Assembly (NCBI RefSeq): GCF_000143415.4
Contig: NW_003314297.1
Location: 310,001 to 374,000, forward strand
Reading direction: 5' to 3'
DNA from: Selaginella moellendorffii
Taxonomy: Eukaryota > Plantae > Lycopodiophyta
DNA: 64,000 nt
Within the stretch, counting starts at the first letter, position 1. The number at the start of each line of letters is the position of its first letter. The translations under genes were made by a program, and so were the position numbers. The notes under the pieces were generated by a model that saw only the letters and a program-made list of their open reading frames with translations, searched no databases and had not been told where the DNA came from. Below are positions 24,720-36,600 of this stretch, piece by piece.

Positions 24720-25800
24720 AGAGGTTGATTGATTCATGAAGGAGTATTTTGATCTCTTTGAATTTGACTTATTGTTTGGGGCCAAGGTTGCCACATGTCA
24801 TTTGATTCCAACCGAGAATGCTCGTCCAATCAAGGTTCTTGTTTAAAATTGGTTACCCAAAGAAATCAAGATTTTATGTGCAAACATTAAGGAGATGTTA
24901 AAAAAGGGTGTTATTCAGAAGTTGCGAAGTCCTTGAGCATGTGAACCTTATCTTGTGACAAAGTCTGATAGAAGTATTTTATTTGGTCTCTGAATTGTGA
25001 GCGGGTGTTCATGGATTTCAAAGAGCTATTGACAACTCCTCCAGTTTTGGCATATCCTGATTACACTTGACCTTTTATTTTGCGCATGAATGCTTTTGAT
25101 ATTGGTCTTGGAGGTGTGTTAATACAAGAGAGCCCGAGTGTGCTTAGTTAGCGCCATCCTATTGCATATATAAGGCATACATTACAACTAGTGGAAGTGA
25201 ACTACTCTACGACAGAGAATGAGTGTTTAGTAGCAATTTAGGGTTTTAAGAAACTTCATACATATCTACATGGTTCTCGGACATTCCTTGAAGGTGATCA
25301 TGCTGCTGTTACTTCATTATTAAAGCGAAAGAACCTAATTGGTTGTATTGCTCAGTGGGCTTTGAAACTTCAGATATATGATTTTGATGTTGTTCATCGT
25401 CTAGGGAGTTCTATGGCTAATGCTAATACCCCTTTTCAAGCTCCTCCTCCTCCTCCTCCAATCTCTTCTTATGTTTTTGACAAGTTTGTTATTCTAGCAT
25501 TTATGGATTTTCTAGATGAGGATTCTATACCATCGGCAATTGCTGTACTTAACGTTCAATATCCACAAGGTGTAGAGCAAAATTTATCTTCTCTTGATAA
25601 GGTTTATAAGGCTCATTATTCCAAGAGGAGGGGATGATATGAGGTCCAAGTGTATAGGTATAATGTCGTATATTAATATTAGTGTAGTGGGATTGTAGTA
25701 GCCGTCAAATTAGTTTTAATCCAGACCACTTGCTCTTGTATATAAGCTAGGGATTTTAGGCTAATTGATATGCACATTTTCTATATTCCCTTTCCATATT
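24720..25800 (+). mobile_element. Internally deleted Ty3/gypsy element: RT start, RNase H, PPT and 3' LTR start
   Basis: EMLKKGVIQKLRSP*A...LVTKSD (RT start), then LTTPPVLAYPDYT*PFIL...GLGGVLIQ...HPIAY...NYSTTENECL...QWALKLQIYDFDVVHR (RNase H). PPT AAGAGGAGGGGA at 25623-25634 is followed by TG at 25635. Confidence 0.88.
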
Positions 25801-25912
25801 CCATGCAAATTATTAATATTTAAAATTTATTTATTTACATTCTTGTATCAAATATTTAAAACTTAATAAAAAATGAATATGTCTAGTAACAAGAATTTTT
25901 GATAATTGAAAA

Positions 25913-26560
25913 TTATAATTTACAAGTTAAACCACTTTGCCACGTTGGTATATTTGGAATTCCATCTTTAGAAATTAATAAATTACAATCCTTTTGAACA
26001 TGAAATATTGATAGCATAACACAATTATATTTTCTACAATAAGTTCCACTTGACCAGTAATTATTTATATCAAAGGCTCCATATAAAACAAGATTACCAT
26101 CTTCTTGCATTCTCAATGTACAATCAAAACTTTTCCCATATGTTTTTGTACTCCAAAAAGCATTAATGGCAATATAAAATACAATATTACAATCATATTG
26201 CATTATTATTGTAAAACCTTTTGAATAATCAATTAATTCTTACCCAATTTTTAATGTTGCCAATGGCATGTTCTTATACCCACTTATAAGTCTAGTATTC
26301 AATGGGTTACAGAAGTAAGAAACTTTTGCTAATAGTGTAGTACTAGATGGAGATTTTGGGATATAATCTCTTATACTATATAATAAACCAAATACTCCAA
26401 CCTCTGGATCAAAAATAACTGTTAAGAAATATGCTGCAATATTGTTTATAATAATTGGGATAATTTCTCTACTAGCTCTTGTAAGTACATCCACTACTCT
26501 ATCATTTTCAACTAATTGTTTGCCTTGAGGATCAACACCACAATCTATAAAACTGAAAAT
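25913..26560 (-). pseudogene. Bulb-type (GNA) mannose-binding lectin domain gene with one in-frame stop
   Basis: Three QxDxNxVxY-type motifs: QYDCNIVFY, QEDGNLVLY, QKDCNLLIS. ORF 26240-26494 is in the same frame, separated only by TAA in ATLKIG*ELIDYSKGFTIIMQYDCN. The 5' end is lost in a gap. Confidence 0.8.
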
Positions 26561-26570
26561 ATAAAAATAT

Positions 26571-26670
26571 NNNNNNNNNNNNNNNNNNNNNNNNNNNNNN
26601 NNNNNNNNNNNNNNNNNNNNNNNNNNNNNNNNNNNNNNNNNNNNNNNNNNNNNNNNNNNNNNNNNNNNNN
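26571..26670. other. Assembly gap
   Basis: Run of 100 N. Confidence 1.
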
Positions 26671-26738
26671 ATATATATATATATATATATTAAAAATATA
26701 TATTAATTTTTAATATAAAAAAAATATTATATATTTAT

Positions 26739-26816
<78 letters not shown>
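26671..26816. repeat. (TA)n microsatellite
   Basis: Directly visible TA runs next to the gap. Confidence 0.97.
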
Positions 26817-26819
<3 letters not shown>

Positions 26820-28273
26820 TAGTGTGTTTCATGTTTAAACAAATGTCAAGAATATATGGTTATACTTTTTATATATAAAGTATAACTATATTTCATATAT
26901 CTCTTCATTTGCCAACTCCATTTGTCAAATACTAGAATTTAAATAGTTGCTATTCCTTAAACTATTTCTAGAAACTATGATGGCCTGGGATATGAAGGAA
27001 CATAATGAGGAGACACTTGTGGATTTGTAAGTAGTGCAATTTATTTTTGATCCCTTTGTATAAAGCGTTTCACATGCACAATTTCTGGAGGATTGGCATG
27101 TTGAATATCATGCCAAATTTCATAAACTTATAGTCAAACTTACTATAACACTTGATATAGCCCCTTTTATTGAGCAAAGAGCCTTTCAGATCCAAGGGAT
27201 CTGGAGAGGGAATAGTAAAGCAAGGAAACACAATAAGTAGTCATGGAGAGATATAAGTGATAAAAGCAGAAATAGAAGTACATAAATAAATTGGAATAAA
27301 AATAAAAGAAATGAAAAGATTTAAGATTCCTCCTCAACTTTCCATAACTGCCTTTGATGCTTATAGATTAAACATGCAAAAAAGACAAGTATGGTAAACA
27401 AGCACCTTTTCTAATTCATTTGCCATTCATTTAAGTTTCCCATACTGAGGCATCACTTCCAAGTTTCATATAATTAGGTCACAAGGATCTGTACATACAA
27501 GCAAATATTTCATCATCTTGCCAAAATACCCATTAGCAAAATTGAAAGTCTCAGGAAAAAAAATTATAAACTATATACACGGTATCTGTATATACTATAT
27601 AGATACAATGTTTGTATACCTCAGTAATATGAAATTATCAAGTTCTATAACTTTTTTGCCAACAAATGATATGTGCTCTTGAACCACCTTGAGCAAAGTT
27701 TTTCCATCACTTTGCCTTGACACGAGTCTGAGCACCGGCATAAAGTAGGACTCATTACAAAGCTAGTAACTAGGCTCCCAAACTTCCCATGGTGACTACA
27801 TAATACAATTGGATGATATGGTGAAGATTTGTGAATTTCCTCTATATTTGTAGGGTGATATGGCATTGTGATTTACAAACTTTGCAACATCTAGTATCTA
27901 GTTGGCTTTGACAAGCTCTTTCCCTTGTCAATGGGGGTGAGAATGTGGCATACTTTCGAGGATGCATGAAGAACTTGCTAGCTCAAGTGAATCCAAATAT
28001 GTATGAGTCTATCAAGTTGGGCCTGTTTTATTTGTTTGTAGCCCATATGCAGCATTCATTCATGGATATTGTCTACAAAACCCTGACAATACCAATGTGA
28101 TTGCACAAAGTGTACAGGAAATAGAGGTCTTAGCACCACATCCACATAGTATGCATTTCTTTCCTCATTTCATGGCCATCCATATTATTTTGGGAGATAA
28201 TAATATGATAATGATATAATGGGATATTATTTGGGATATTATTATAAATACTAGAGATATTATTAATTATTTC

Positions 28274-28710
28274 TATGAGGTTCAGATGTATAGCTATGAT
28301 GGCATATACTATTATTAGCGTAACTCCTATGTATAAACTAGGGTTTTTTGCTCTTATTGTGTTTTATGTTTTTGCATCATCTAGATTTCTCTTGTTCTTA
28401 TAGCTTTTTCATTTCTTCTCTTTTTTTTTCTTCTTTTCATTTATTTTTATGGTAGAGTAGTGTACTCCTCCTTTGCAGCAACCTCCTTCTCCTCTTACTT
28501 GGTGTAATTACTTGAAGCTATGTGGCTGCAATTGAATAATTAAACTTAGTTGATAGTAGTGTTTGTAACAATCTTCCAGATGATATGTACCATTAGTTTG
28601 ATAATTTTAAAATGATTGCCACCTATCATTCTTGGGATGATACCTAGCATCTAACGGGAGTTTCTCACATATCTTTAAATGATAGCATTGCAATGGTACA
28701 ATAGTTTAAG
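28274..28710 (+). mobile_element. Second LTR-like copy followed by possible decayed gag
   Basis: TATGAGGTTCAGATGTATAGCTATGATGGCATATACTATTATTAGCGTA resembles TATGAGGTCCAAGTGTATAGGTATAATGTCGTATATTAATATTAGTGTA at ~25638. Downstream FDNFKMIATYHSWDD is gag-like. Confidence 0.55.
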
Positions 28711-30013
28711 CATAATCAATTGTGCAAATTGAAGTCTTCTCTCAGGTGTCTTCAAGTGCATATTTAGATATACTAACAATAGTGATAATGCCTTCTAACA
28801 ATTGCATCATCTTTGTTAAAGGCCATTTAAGATGCTTATATAATTTGGCGTTTGCTTTCAGAGCCTCTTCTTTGGTATGAAACTAAATATGTTAGAGCGA
28901 ATCAAGTTAGGCATATTGTGGCCAGCTCTTTGTCAAGATCTTGTGAGACTTATGCATACACTTACCCTAAACAATAGTCTTTGATTGGCATAATGTTATA
29001 AGATATCATCTCTCCCACTTAGCTATATGTGCTTCAATTCCACTTCTTATGAGAGATACTTATATTCTAATGGAGATTAATACTATTATTGCCTATGTTA
29101 GGGTGAAGATGTAGTCATAGCTGTGATGTTTATTGCTGGGGGAGATGGTCCAAAGTTGAGTTGAGCTCACGAGTTGAGCTCAATTACAAGTCAACTCAAA
29201 TCAACATGGTCAACTAAAATTTCTACAAAGGAAATTTAAATTGAATAAATGAAGGTTCTAGCAAACTTTAAAATATTTAATATATAAATATCTAAGTAAA
29301 TATTTAAGATAAAAGTTTCTATAAGATTGAATTGTTTAGAAAAGACAAAGTTCACGAGAACTTACCTTTTGGAAAGCTATATTATTTTATTATGACTATT
29401 GTTACAATTATCATATTTTGATTTGACTACTTAATATTTTGAATACTTTTACAATTGTAGATACTATTTCTTCATTCAAAAGATTTTTTAAGGTTTTTGA
29501 GAAAATGGGAAGCAAAGAAAATATAAGATCTGTAAGTAAGAGTTGTAGTGCAAAGGAATGTAAGAATGTTAATTTTGTTTCACTACCACAACCTCTATAT
29601 TACACTCTTGGTTTTTATTACCCATTTAAGAATGTAGAGACCACTATCACGATTGATAAAAATGCTTCTATTACTTCTAAAACAATAATCTAAAGCAAGA
29701 GAAATGAAGAAATGAATAGCATGGCAGAAAACACCAAGAAATCTACTCTATAAAACTTTTTATGACATTTGTAATTTATGTTTTAATTCATATCAAAAGC
29801 TCTGTTGCCTGCCTATATCGCAATCCTCTCATATGATAAGACCAAGGTATGTTTTTGCAGTGAATCCTCATTAAAATTTTTCAGGAGTTGTTTGTGAATA
29901 ATAATTAAAAAATCAAAATTTTTCAAAAGACTCAAAAGTAATATCACATCAAAGAATCAATTTTATCTACATTTCCAAGACTGAAAGGCAATCTCACATG
30001 AGAGAATAGTAGT

Positions 30014-30108
30014 GTGCCAATGTGCTTTGCCACTATAATATAATTTATATTTCCTTGCAAGCGTGCCAATGTGCTTTGCCACTATAATATAATTTATATT
30101 TCCTTGCA
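30014..30108 (+). repeat. Perfect 46-bp tandem duplication (49-bp period)
   Basis: GTGCCAATGTGCTTTGCCACTATAATATAATTTATATTTCCTTGCA at 30014 and 30063. Confidence 0.95.
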
Positions 30109-30683
30109 GTCTACTTCCCTAGATATTTGGCATGCGTAGAAAAGAATATATATATATAGCAAAGTAGGATTTCATTATAATGATAGAGCATATGTATACA
30201 CGATAATCTAAAATTCTAGAAGCTCTTATGTTTACAAGCAAGTTATGATTATGAAGCCCCATTTCCAAGACTACCAAGGGCTAGATACGGTGGATGTGAA
30301 TGGTGACAATAATGAAGAATTTCACTTATATTACATGAAAGCCATGCTTGTGTTTACAAATAGAATTATCTAACTTATTTTTATATATATACACACAATA
30401 TGAGATGGTATAATTTATATATATAGATAATTTAAAATTTATATAAGCTCTTTATTTGAAATTCAATGGTTATAATTTATACTTATAAAAAGACTTAGAC
30501 TCCTTATTTAGTTTTTTCATATTTGTTTTAAAATTAAATCTCATCCATTATATTTTTGATAAATAGACAAAATTGAATATAAAACAGGTTTATATTAATA
30601 TTAGGTAAAGGTTATTAATATTAACCTATAGAAAACCTGGGTGTAACGAATATTTCTAGAATATTCAAGATACTTATTCAATA

Positions 30684-31352
30684 TCATAACTTGATATCAG
30701 AGTCACAGTTCTTTCTAAGCACGCTCTCCCTGGTGAAGGTGGCCAGGGGCCTCACATCCAAATCGCACCTCTCCACAAACTTCAGCCTGGGCGTCTTGAG
30801 CTTCCCGATCTGGAACCGGATCTTCACTCGAATCACCACCCGGAACGAGATCCTCTGCTGCGCCAGCGCCCTCAGCAAGCTGGAGGCCACCGCCCGCGGC
30901 AGCACCACGCCGTCCGACTCCACGTCCTTCTCCACGCTCGCCAAGGCTGAGCGCTTGGCCTGCGAGAACCCCGCGAGCACAGCCTCGCCCACCCGGATGT
31001 CGTCGAAGAAGACGTTGAGGTGGATGTCATCGAAGAGGATCTTGAGGCGCGTGTTTGGATTGGCCACGTCGAGGATCAAGCCCAGGTCCGCCTTGAGGAG
31101 CGCCGTGGAGAAGAAGGTGGTGGGCGAGGCTATGACGGCCCCGAGGTGCCGGACGGCGATGTCGCGGATGTGGACCTTGGGCGATTTGGGGTGGAAGGCG
31201 ATGTAAGTGACGAGCAGCAGGCACGCGAAGAGCAAGCCGAGGATGAGGAGAATGGTGACGATCCATGTCAGGATCGCGATGGCGGGATTGGGGTGGCACA
31301 GGTACCTGGAGGCGAAGTTCTTGTGGGCGTCGTGCTCGTCTTGTTGTTCCAT
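30684..31352 (-). CDS. NDR1/HIN1-like (LEA_2 domain) protein, intronless
   Basis: N-terminal TM helix, then PKSPKVHI, NPN motif (VANPNTRLKILFD) and a C-terminal C.....C pair. Likely ATG at 31352 (MEQQDE). Confidence 0.9.
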   Translation of the reverse strand: MEQQDEHDAHKNFASRYLCHPNPAIAILTWIVTILLILGLLFACLLLVTYIAFHPKSPKVHIRDIAVRHLGAVIASPTTFFSTALLKADLGLILDVANPNTRLKILFDDIHLNVFFDDIRVGEAVLAGFSQAKRSALASVEKDVESDGVVLPRAVASSLLRALAQQRISFRVVIRVKIRFQIGKLKTPRLKFVERCDLDVRPLATFTRESVLRKNCDSDIKL

Positions 31353-31770
31353 TTGCTCCTTTGATCTGTCAGTGTCTGTGCTCACTCCTGTTTGATCCAA
31401 GTGATGTGTTTCGCGGAGAAGGTGCCAAGGCATCAGTGTGTTTGACGCATTGTGAGCTTTAAGCTGTTTGCTTTGATCTCAATCGAAAGCATAACTTTAC
31501 ACTCGGCAACAAGAGAGGAAAGCAAAATGTTACAAACTCTCTAGTTTTTTAATTTGCTTGTTAGATCTTTGTTTTCCTGTAGAAGCATAACACTTCGTGT
31601 TTCTCAAGAAACTTTTTCTCGAGCATTGTGTTTGAGTTTTAAACTCCAGGATTGCCAGAGAAACAAATTCTTTCATTTGTGTTCTCTCTCCATACTTGTC
31701 TTTCTTACGCTCCAGAGATCGTCTAGATCGTAGATGATATTTCTACTAGATGATCGATGGGAGGTAAAAC

Positions 31771-32332
31771 TCACAGCTTGGAGGTAAACAACGATGGCCG
31801 CGAGAAGTACTTGGTGTGATGCCCACTCGCCACAATCTCGCCATTCTTCCCAGCTCTCCTCACCTCGGCCGATAGCATCACAACGTTCTTCCCCTTCTTC
31901 AAAACTTTAGACTCGATCTCGAGCTCATCCTGGGAGAGAAAAGGAAACCAGTTTAAGAGTTCTTGGATCCTTGCTCTTGACTCCAAACTCACATCGATCC
32001 TGGCGGCCGAGACGTAAGTGATGCTGAGGTCGATCGAGACGCCCGTGTTAGTGCCACCCACTGTGAGCACCGCCATGGTGCTCACGCAGTCGATGAGCGT
32101 GGCAATGGCTCCACCGTGGAGCGTTCCATATCCATTCTACAAACACAGTTATACCGGAGAGGGGATCACGGATCTTACTACATACGGCGAGATTGGCGGG
32201 CACGCGAATGGCGCAGAGGATCCGGCCTGCGTCGGCGGCCTTGATCTCCACTCGCTCGAGGACACGCGCATCAAAGCCACCGGGAGAGCTCCTGAGCGCC
32301 TCCAAGACTGCACGGCCTGCTGCCAACGCCAT
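31771..32332 (-). CDS. Hotdog-fold acyl-CoA thioesterase (ACOT13/PaaI-like), peroxisomal, 3 exons
   Basis: Spliced ...ANLA|NGYGTLHGGAIATLIDCVST...GVSIDLSITYVSAARID|DELEIESKVL...; ends SKL* (PTS1). Confidence 0.92.
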
Positions 32333-32806
32333 AGCTAATTAGGGCTCTATTATAATTCATAGTTACTTTTATCCAGGTCCTTTTAACAGTAAACTTTTGC
32401 TTTATAGAAAATATAATTTTCTAGCTTAAAAGGTACAGGGAAAACGTTATTTGTTTAAGTTAACTTAATTAATGTATTAATATTAACTGTTTTAACCTTA
32501 TTTTAACCTTTGGTACTTTTTTGTACTTTCGCTCATTTTGTTTTTGTGAAGCCTGACCGGCTCTTGTCAATGGCGGCCATAGTTTTCTTTAGTTTTCTTT
32601 GGCGACATTTACGTATATGCACGAGGCCTTGCACGATAAGTCGTAAAACTGGACCTGGCCTCACCTCAACTCCACACAAATAAAAAAGAAGAAATCCATT
32701 CATTCCAACGCAGTCACTGTTTTGTCTGTTCAATGGCCAGCGAAACATCCAAAGGTACGTGTGTAGTAGAAAGAACTCTCCCAAATCCTTAAAGTTGACG
32801 ACTCTC

Positions 32807-33421
32807 ATGCTAGATGCTCGAGCCGACCACGCGCGTTTCTTCTACTCCTACATTCCTGGAGTGCAGCAGTACAACGATTCGGGCTCTCGTGCCGTCAGGG
32901 ACCTCTCGGCCTGGAAGCCAGCGCTCAAGAATCCACTCCCCCAGTATCTGGGACAAACTCCCGCCGCCGGCCATCTCCAAAAGCCGGCCTTCTCCTTCCT
33001 CTCGGGAGCCCAGGGCACCATCGCTGTTCTTGGCGGTCCCCAGTGGTGGGAGCAAATCTGGGGCAGCAGCCGCGCCGACGACTACACCGTCTGGGGGATC
33101 AAGAAGGACAAAGTTCCCATCGGCTTCCACTGCCTGTCTCCGGCCTTCTTCAAGAAAGATCGTGGACGAGCTCCTCCCACCACCTCGGAAGTTCAAGGCC
33201 AGGTCCTTGTCAAGAGCGATCTCGTCCAGTTCATCGATGCCGGGGCGCTGGTGCTCGTCTGGAATGACCGCGGAAGCGGGGCCAGCCAGGATGTCTCCAT
33301 CTACACCTTGCCGGATCATCTCGGAGCTTTTGCTTTCCCGAACTATGATCCTCCTCCCAAGGGGACGTCGTACCCGATGATAAATCTCAGCAAGGGCCTG
33401 CTTGTCAAGCCCCCAAAGTGA
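32807..33421 (+). CDS. Intronless stand-alone beta-tripod / Vps62-like repeat protein (~204 aa)
   Basis: Three internal repeats: YNDSGSRAVRDLSAWKP, IWGSSRADDYTVWG and WNDRGSGASQDVSIY. Linkers QYLGQ and PIGFHCLS. GC-rich codons. ATG 32807. Confidence 0.75.
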   Translation: MLDARADHARFFYSYIPGVQQYNDSGSRAVRDLSAWKPALKNPLPQYLGQTPAAGHLQKPAFSFLSGAQGTIAVLGGPQWWEQIWGSSRADDYTVWGIKKDKVPIGFHCLSPAFFKKDRGRAPPTTSEVQGQVLVKSDLVQFIDAGALVLVWNDRGSGASQDVSIYTLPDHLGAFAFPNYDPPPKGTSYPMINLSKGLLVKPPK

Positions 33422-33615
33422 AAAAGGCTAGCGAGAGCGAAGGTGACTCGGGCAATACAAACGAAAGTTGTGTGAAGTATGTGTGATGGAAATAAGACAA
33501 AAACGAACTTACAGGCGTGATATACTCTTTTCCTATCAAAGTCGCGTTAACTACATACACAATCTGGAAACTGTGAGATAGTTCTTCAAAAAAGACATGC
33601 CTTTTAATCTTCTTC

Positions 33616-36600
33616 TCAGTAGGATTTTGGCCTTTTGCCGACGAGAATCCTGGAGATCTGGAGGCCTCTGCTGAAGGCCTGGTTGAAAAGGATCCTCGTC
33701 TGCATTGCCTGGAATCCTGGCAGCCAAGATAGAACCGCGGTCGGAACCATGACTAAGATCCCAATGCCGAGCTCGTAGAGGCGAGCCACCGTCACCACCG
33801 TTGGCCACATTCCTGTTCTCTCGAGAAAAGGCCTTCGCAGCACCTGTGCAATCTGTAGCAGTCCCCAACCAGTGGGGAGGAAAGCCAACAAGCTGACGAT
33901 CAAGTCCAAGAACCTAAAGCTTGTAAGCTCGATGAGGAGGATGAGCACCAGCACCGAGAAGAACAACGCGAATGCCTGGATTGCTCTGTAAGTGAGGTGC
34001 TCCCTCGTCGCGTACTTCTCGTGAGCGAAGGATAGTATCTTGTGAAGCAAGAACGCCACCACCACGTATATCCACGAGAGGAGATAAACCAGAATACTGG
34101 TGCTGTGGTTCGCGATGCCAAGCTGGTAGACAATGCCGTATTGGAAGAAGAAGAAGCGCAGGGAGAGGATCACCTCGAAAACTTTTCCCCATATGCCTGT
34201 CGTTCGCAAATGATCCTGCTCTTCGTCCCACCAAGATTCCCAGCTCTGGTCAGCCTTTACCAGGACCCCTCCTCTGTAGAACACCCAGTTGAAGAAATCC
34301 TCGTAGTCGTCCACGGTTTTGAGCCAGTCGAATCCCGACGGGTTGAAAACGAATGGTGCCAGGATCCATGTCAGTGCCAAGAACCAGCTTGAGAATGTGA
34401 GAAGAATGTAGACCACTGTGTCCTTGCTGAAGGAACCGTATGCCTCGTAAACGACCAGGAGAAGGGCGAGTTCGAGGCCTTTGATGAAGTGGCTTCTTGA
34501 GTAGAGCCTGTAGTTCTCCGCAAACCGCTCGTGCTTCACAACAAATCCTCGTCCGGTTGCACGATACTGCATCCAGAAAAACAAAACTATTAAACGGCAA
34601 GCCACACAATGCGTAAAACTGAATTACCTTGGCACCGCCATGAAGAAGAGTTCTTCCAAAATAGTGAGTCTTGGTGCCCATAGAAAATGTGAAAAACATA
34701 GAGGCTAGTTGAAGCTGGATAGTAAAAAAGTCCCAGACGGCCTTTGAGAATCCTCGCTCAATGGAGTTCTCCACAATCATTGGGAGCGCAGTGAAAAGTC
34801 CCAGCTGCACGATAAACTGCTGATTCAGTGCTGCCGTGAGAGCGCTGTTACTAGTTGAACTGGACAGAAGTCCACGCTCAACTCCGCTCAAAGCCAGATA
34901 TACTCGGCCCCAGAGAAAAGCATACACCGTCAGGACCACCATCATGTTGTTCAAGTAAAACCCGACTGTTGTGTAGTAGAAAGAAAGCATGCGGAAAAAG
35001 TCCAGTCGGTGTCCAAGGCGATAAACATCCCGGCTCAAAGTTTGTTCACCGTTGCCACTGGCCACCTTAGCCTCAAATAGAGCTATCTGATTTAATCCAA
35101 CATCTCGACCCTTGCCAACCTATACAGAAGACATGAGGTGTAAGTATGTCACTGCTAAAATAGCCACAAACCTGGATGTATTCGTGGTGAGTAACGTTTC
35201 CTCCCCTGAGAGTGCAGTTAAAACCCGCAAAAATGTCCTCGCTGATGTTGATAACTCTCGAAGCCTTGCTAATTCCACCTCGGGAGATAAACCAGAGCCT
35301 GTCGAAGACGTCTGGATGCCCGTAATGCATTCTCACTTTGAGTGGATTAGCTAAGACTCGCTGGCCAAGTGTAACAAAACTAGATTCTTGAGATGACATG
35401 AAATGCGCGAGTGAGGAGACTGATCCCGTAAAGACATGCTCACGAACTCCAAGAATAGTAGGCTTTCGCATACCATAATAGCGCGTGAACTCTTGGAGCA
35501 AGTTTCGCATTTTCAGCGCTTCTTCAAAATAGTTATCCTGTAAAAACGGAGAGGCTTAGCACAAATATGTCTAATATTATAGAGCATACCTGATTCATGT
35601 CAATCGTCTGAACAGCTTCGCCTCTGGTAAAGATTAAAGCGTGGTTCTGGTTCTCAGGCTTCCCTTCGCCTAGCTTTAGTGGACCAGGTAACTGGATCCT
35701 GTAAATCTCAACCTCTTGATTGCTGGCAGGATCGTATTTAACGAGAACCGAGTAGAAAGTTTTCGCGTCTCGTCCCGGAACCTCGTCCACGTATGCAATG
35801 CGCAAAGCTTCGAACTTCTGCATGAGGAAAAGTATCTCTTCTGCCTGGTGTTCGTTCTTGGCTTTCTGGTTGCCATATATCTGACAGGCCACCACGTACG
35901 TGAACTTCAAGCTTGACGCTGCTCGGTATTGCTCCTCCTTGTAAAGCGAGCCGCTTTGTCCGTGACCAAACGAGTCTCGGTGTACGTGTGACCCGTTCCT
36001 ACTATCGTCAGCCATGCTTGACGCCCGCGACAGCATTTCACGGTAGCCGTGAAGATCATTTTCCGATGCCGAATCTAGAAAAGCTTGAATCTGCAAAGCT
36101 CTGTATAAACAGGCTGAGCACCAACCAATCAGCAGAAACATGTGAGACAAACCTGTTGTAGTACATCATTCCACGTACGGTACGTGCGAGAGTCTGGCCA
36201 CGGTAAGAGGCCCAAAGGCGAAGTTCCAGACCTTTGTCCGCAGTCCACAAATCAGATTCTTTTATGCCAAGACTGCTCATACGTTCCAAGAAGTTGATCC
36301 ACTCGTCTTCGTAACAAAAACAAAAAAGAAAAAGAAAGTTCAGCACTTGCGTCTAGAAACAGCAAAGCAGAAACCTGGAAATATCTTTTGGAGGTAAAAC
36401 AGAATTGAGACTCCCTCCTCATTTTCATCAAGGAGCTCGTTCTTGGTGTACAAAACGGATTCGCTATAGTAGGGTGTTAAAACACTAAAGGACAACATCT
36501 TTTCCACCTGTGAAAGAAGGAAGTAAGCTAAACAAGATTTCAAGAAACACTCACCTGAGGAGCGCGAGGCATTGTCATAAAGAGAGAGTTACTGAAAAAG

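Noticed and set aside
27640-28180. Stop-riddled frame weakly reminiscent of LINE ORF1
   Set aside because: Similarity is too weak to call without a profile search.
30014-30108. Direct repeats as a CRISPR-like array
   Set aside because: Only two copies with a 3-bp spacer, in eukaryotic DNA with no cas genes.
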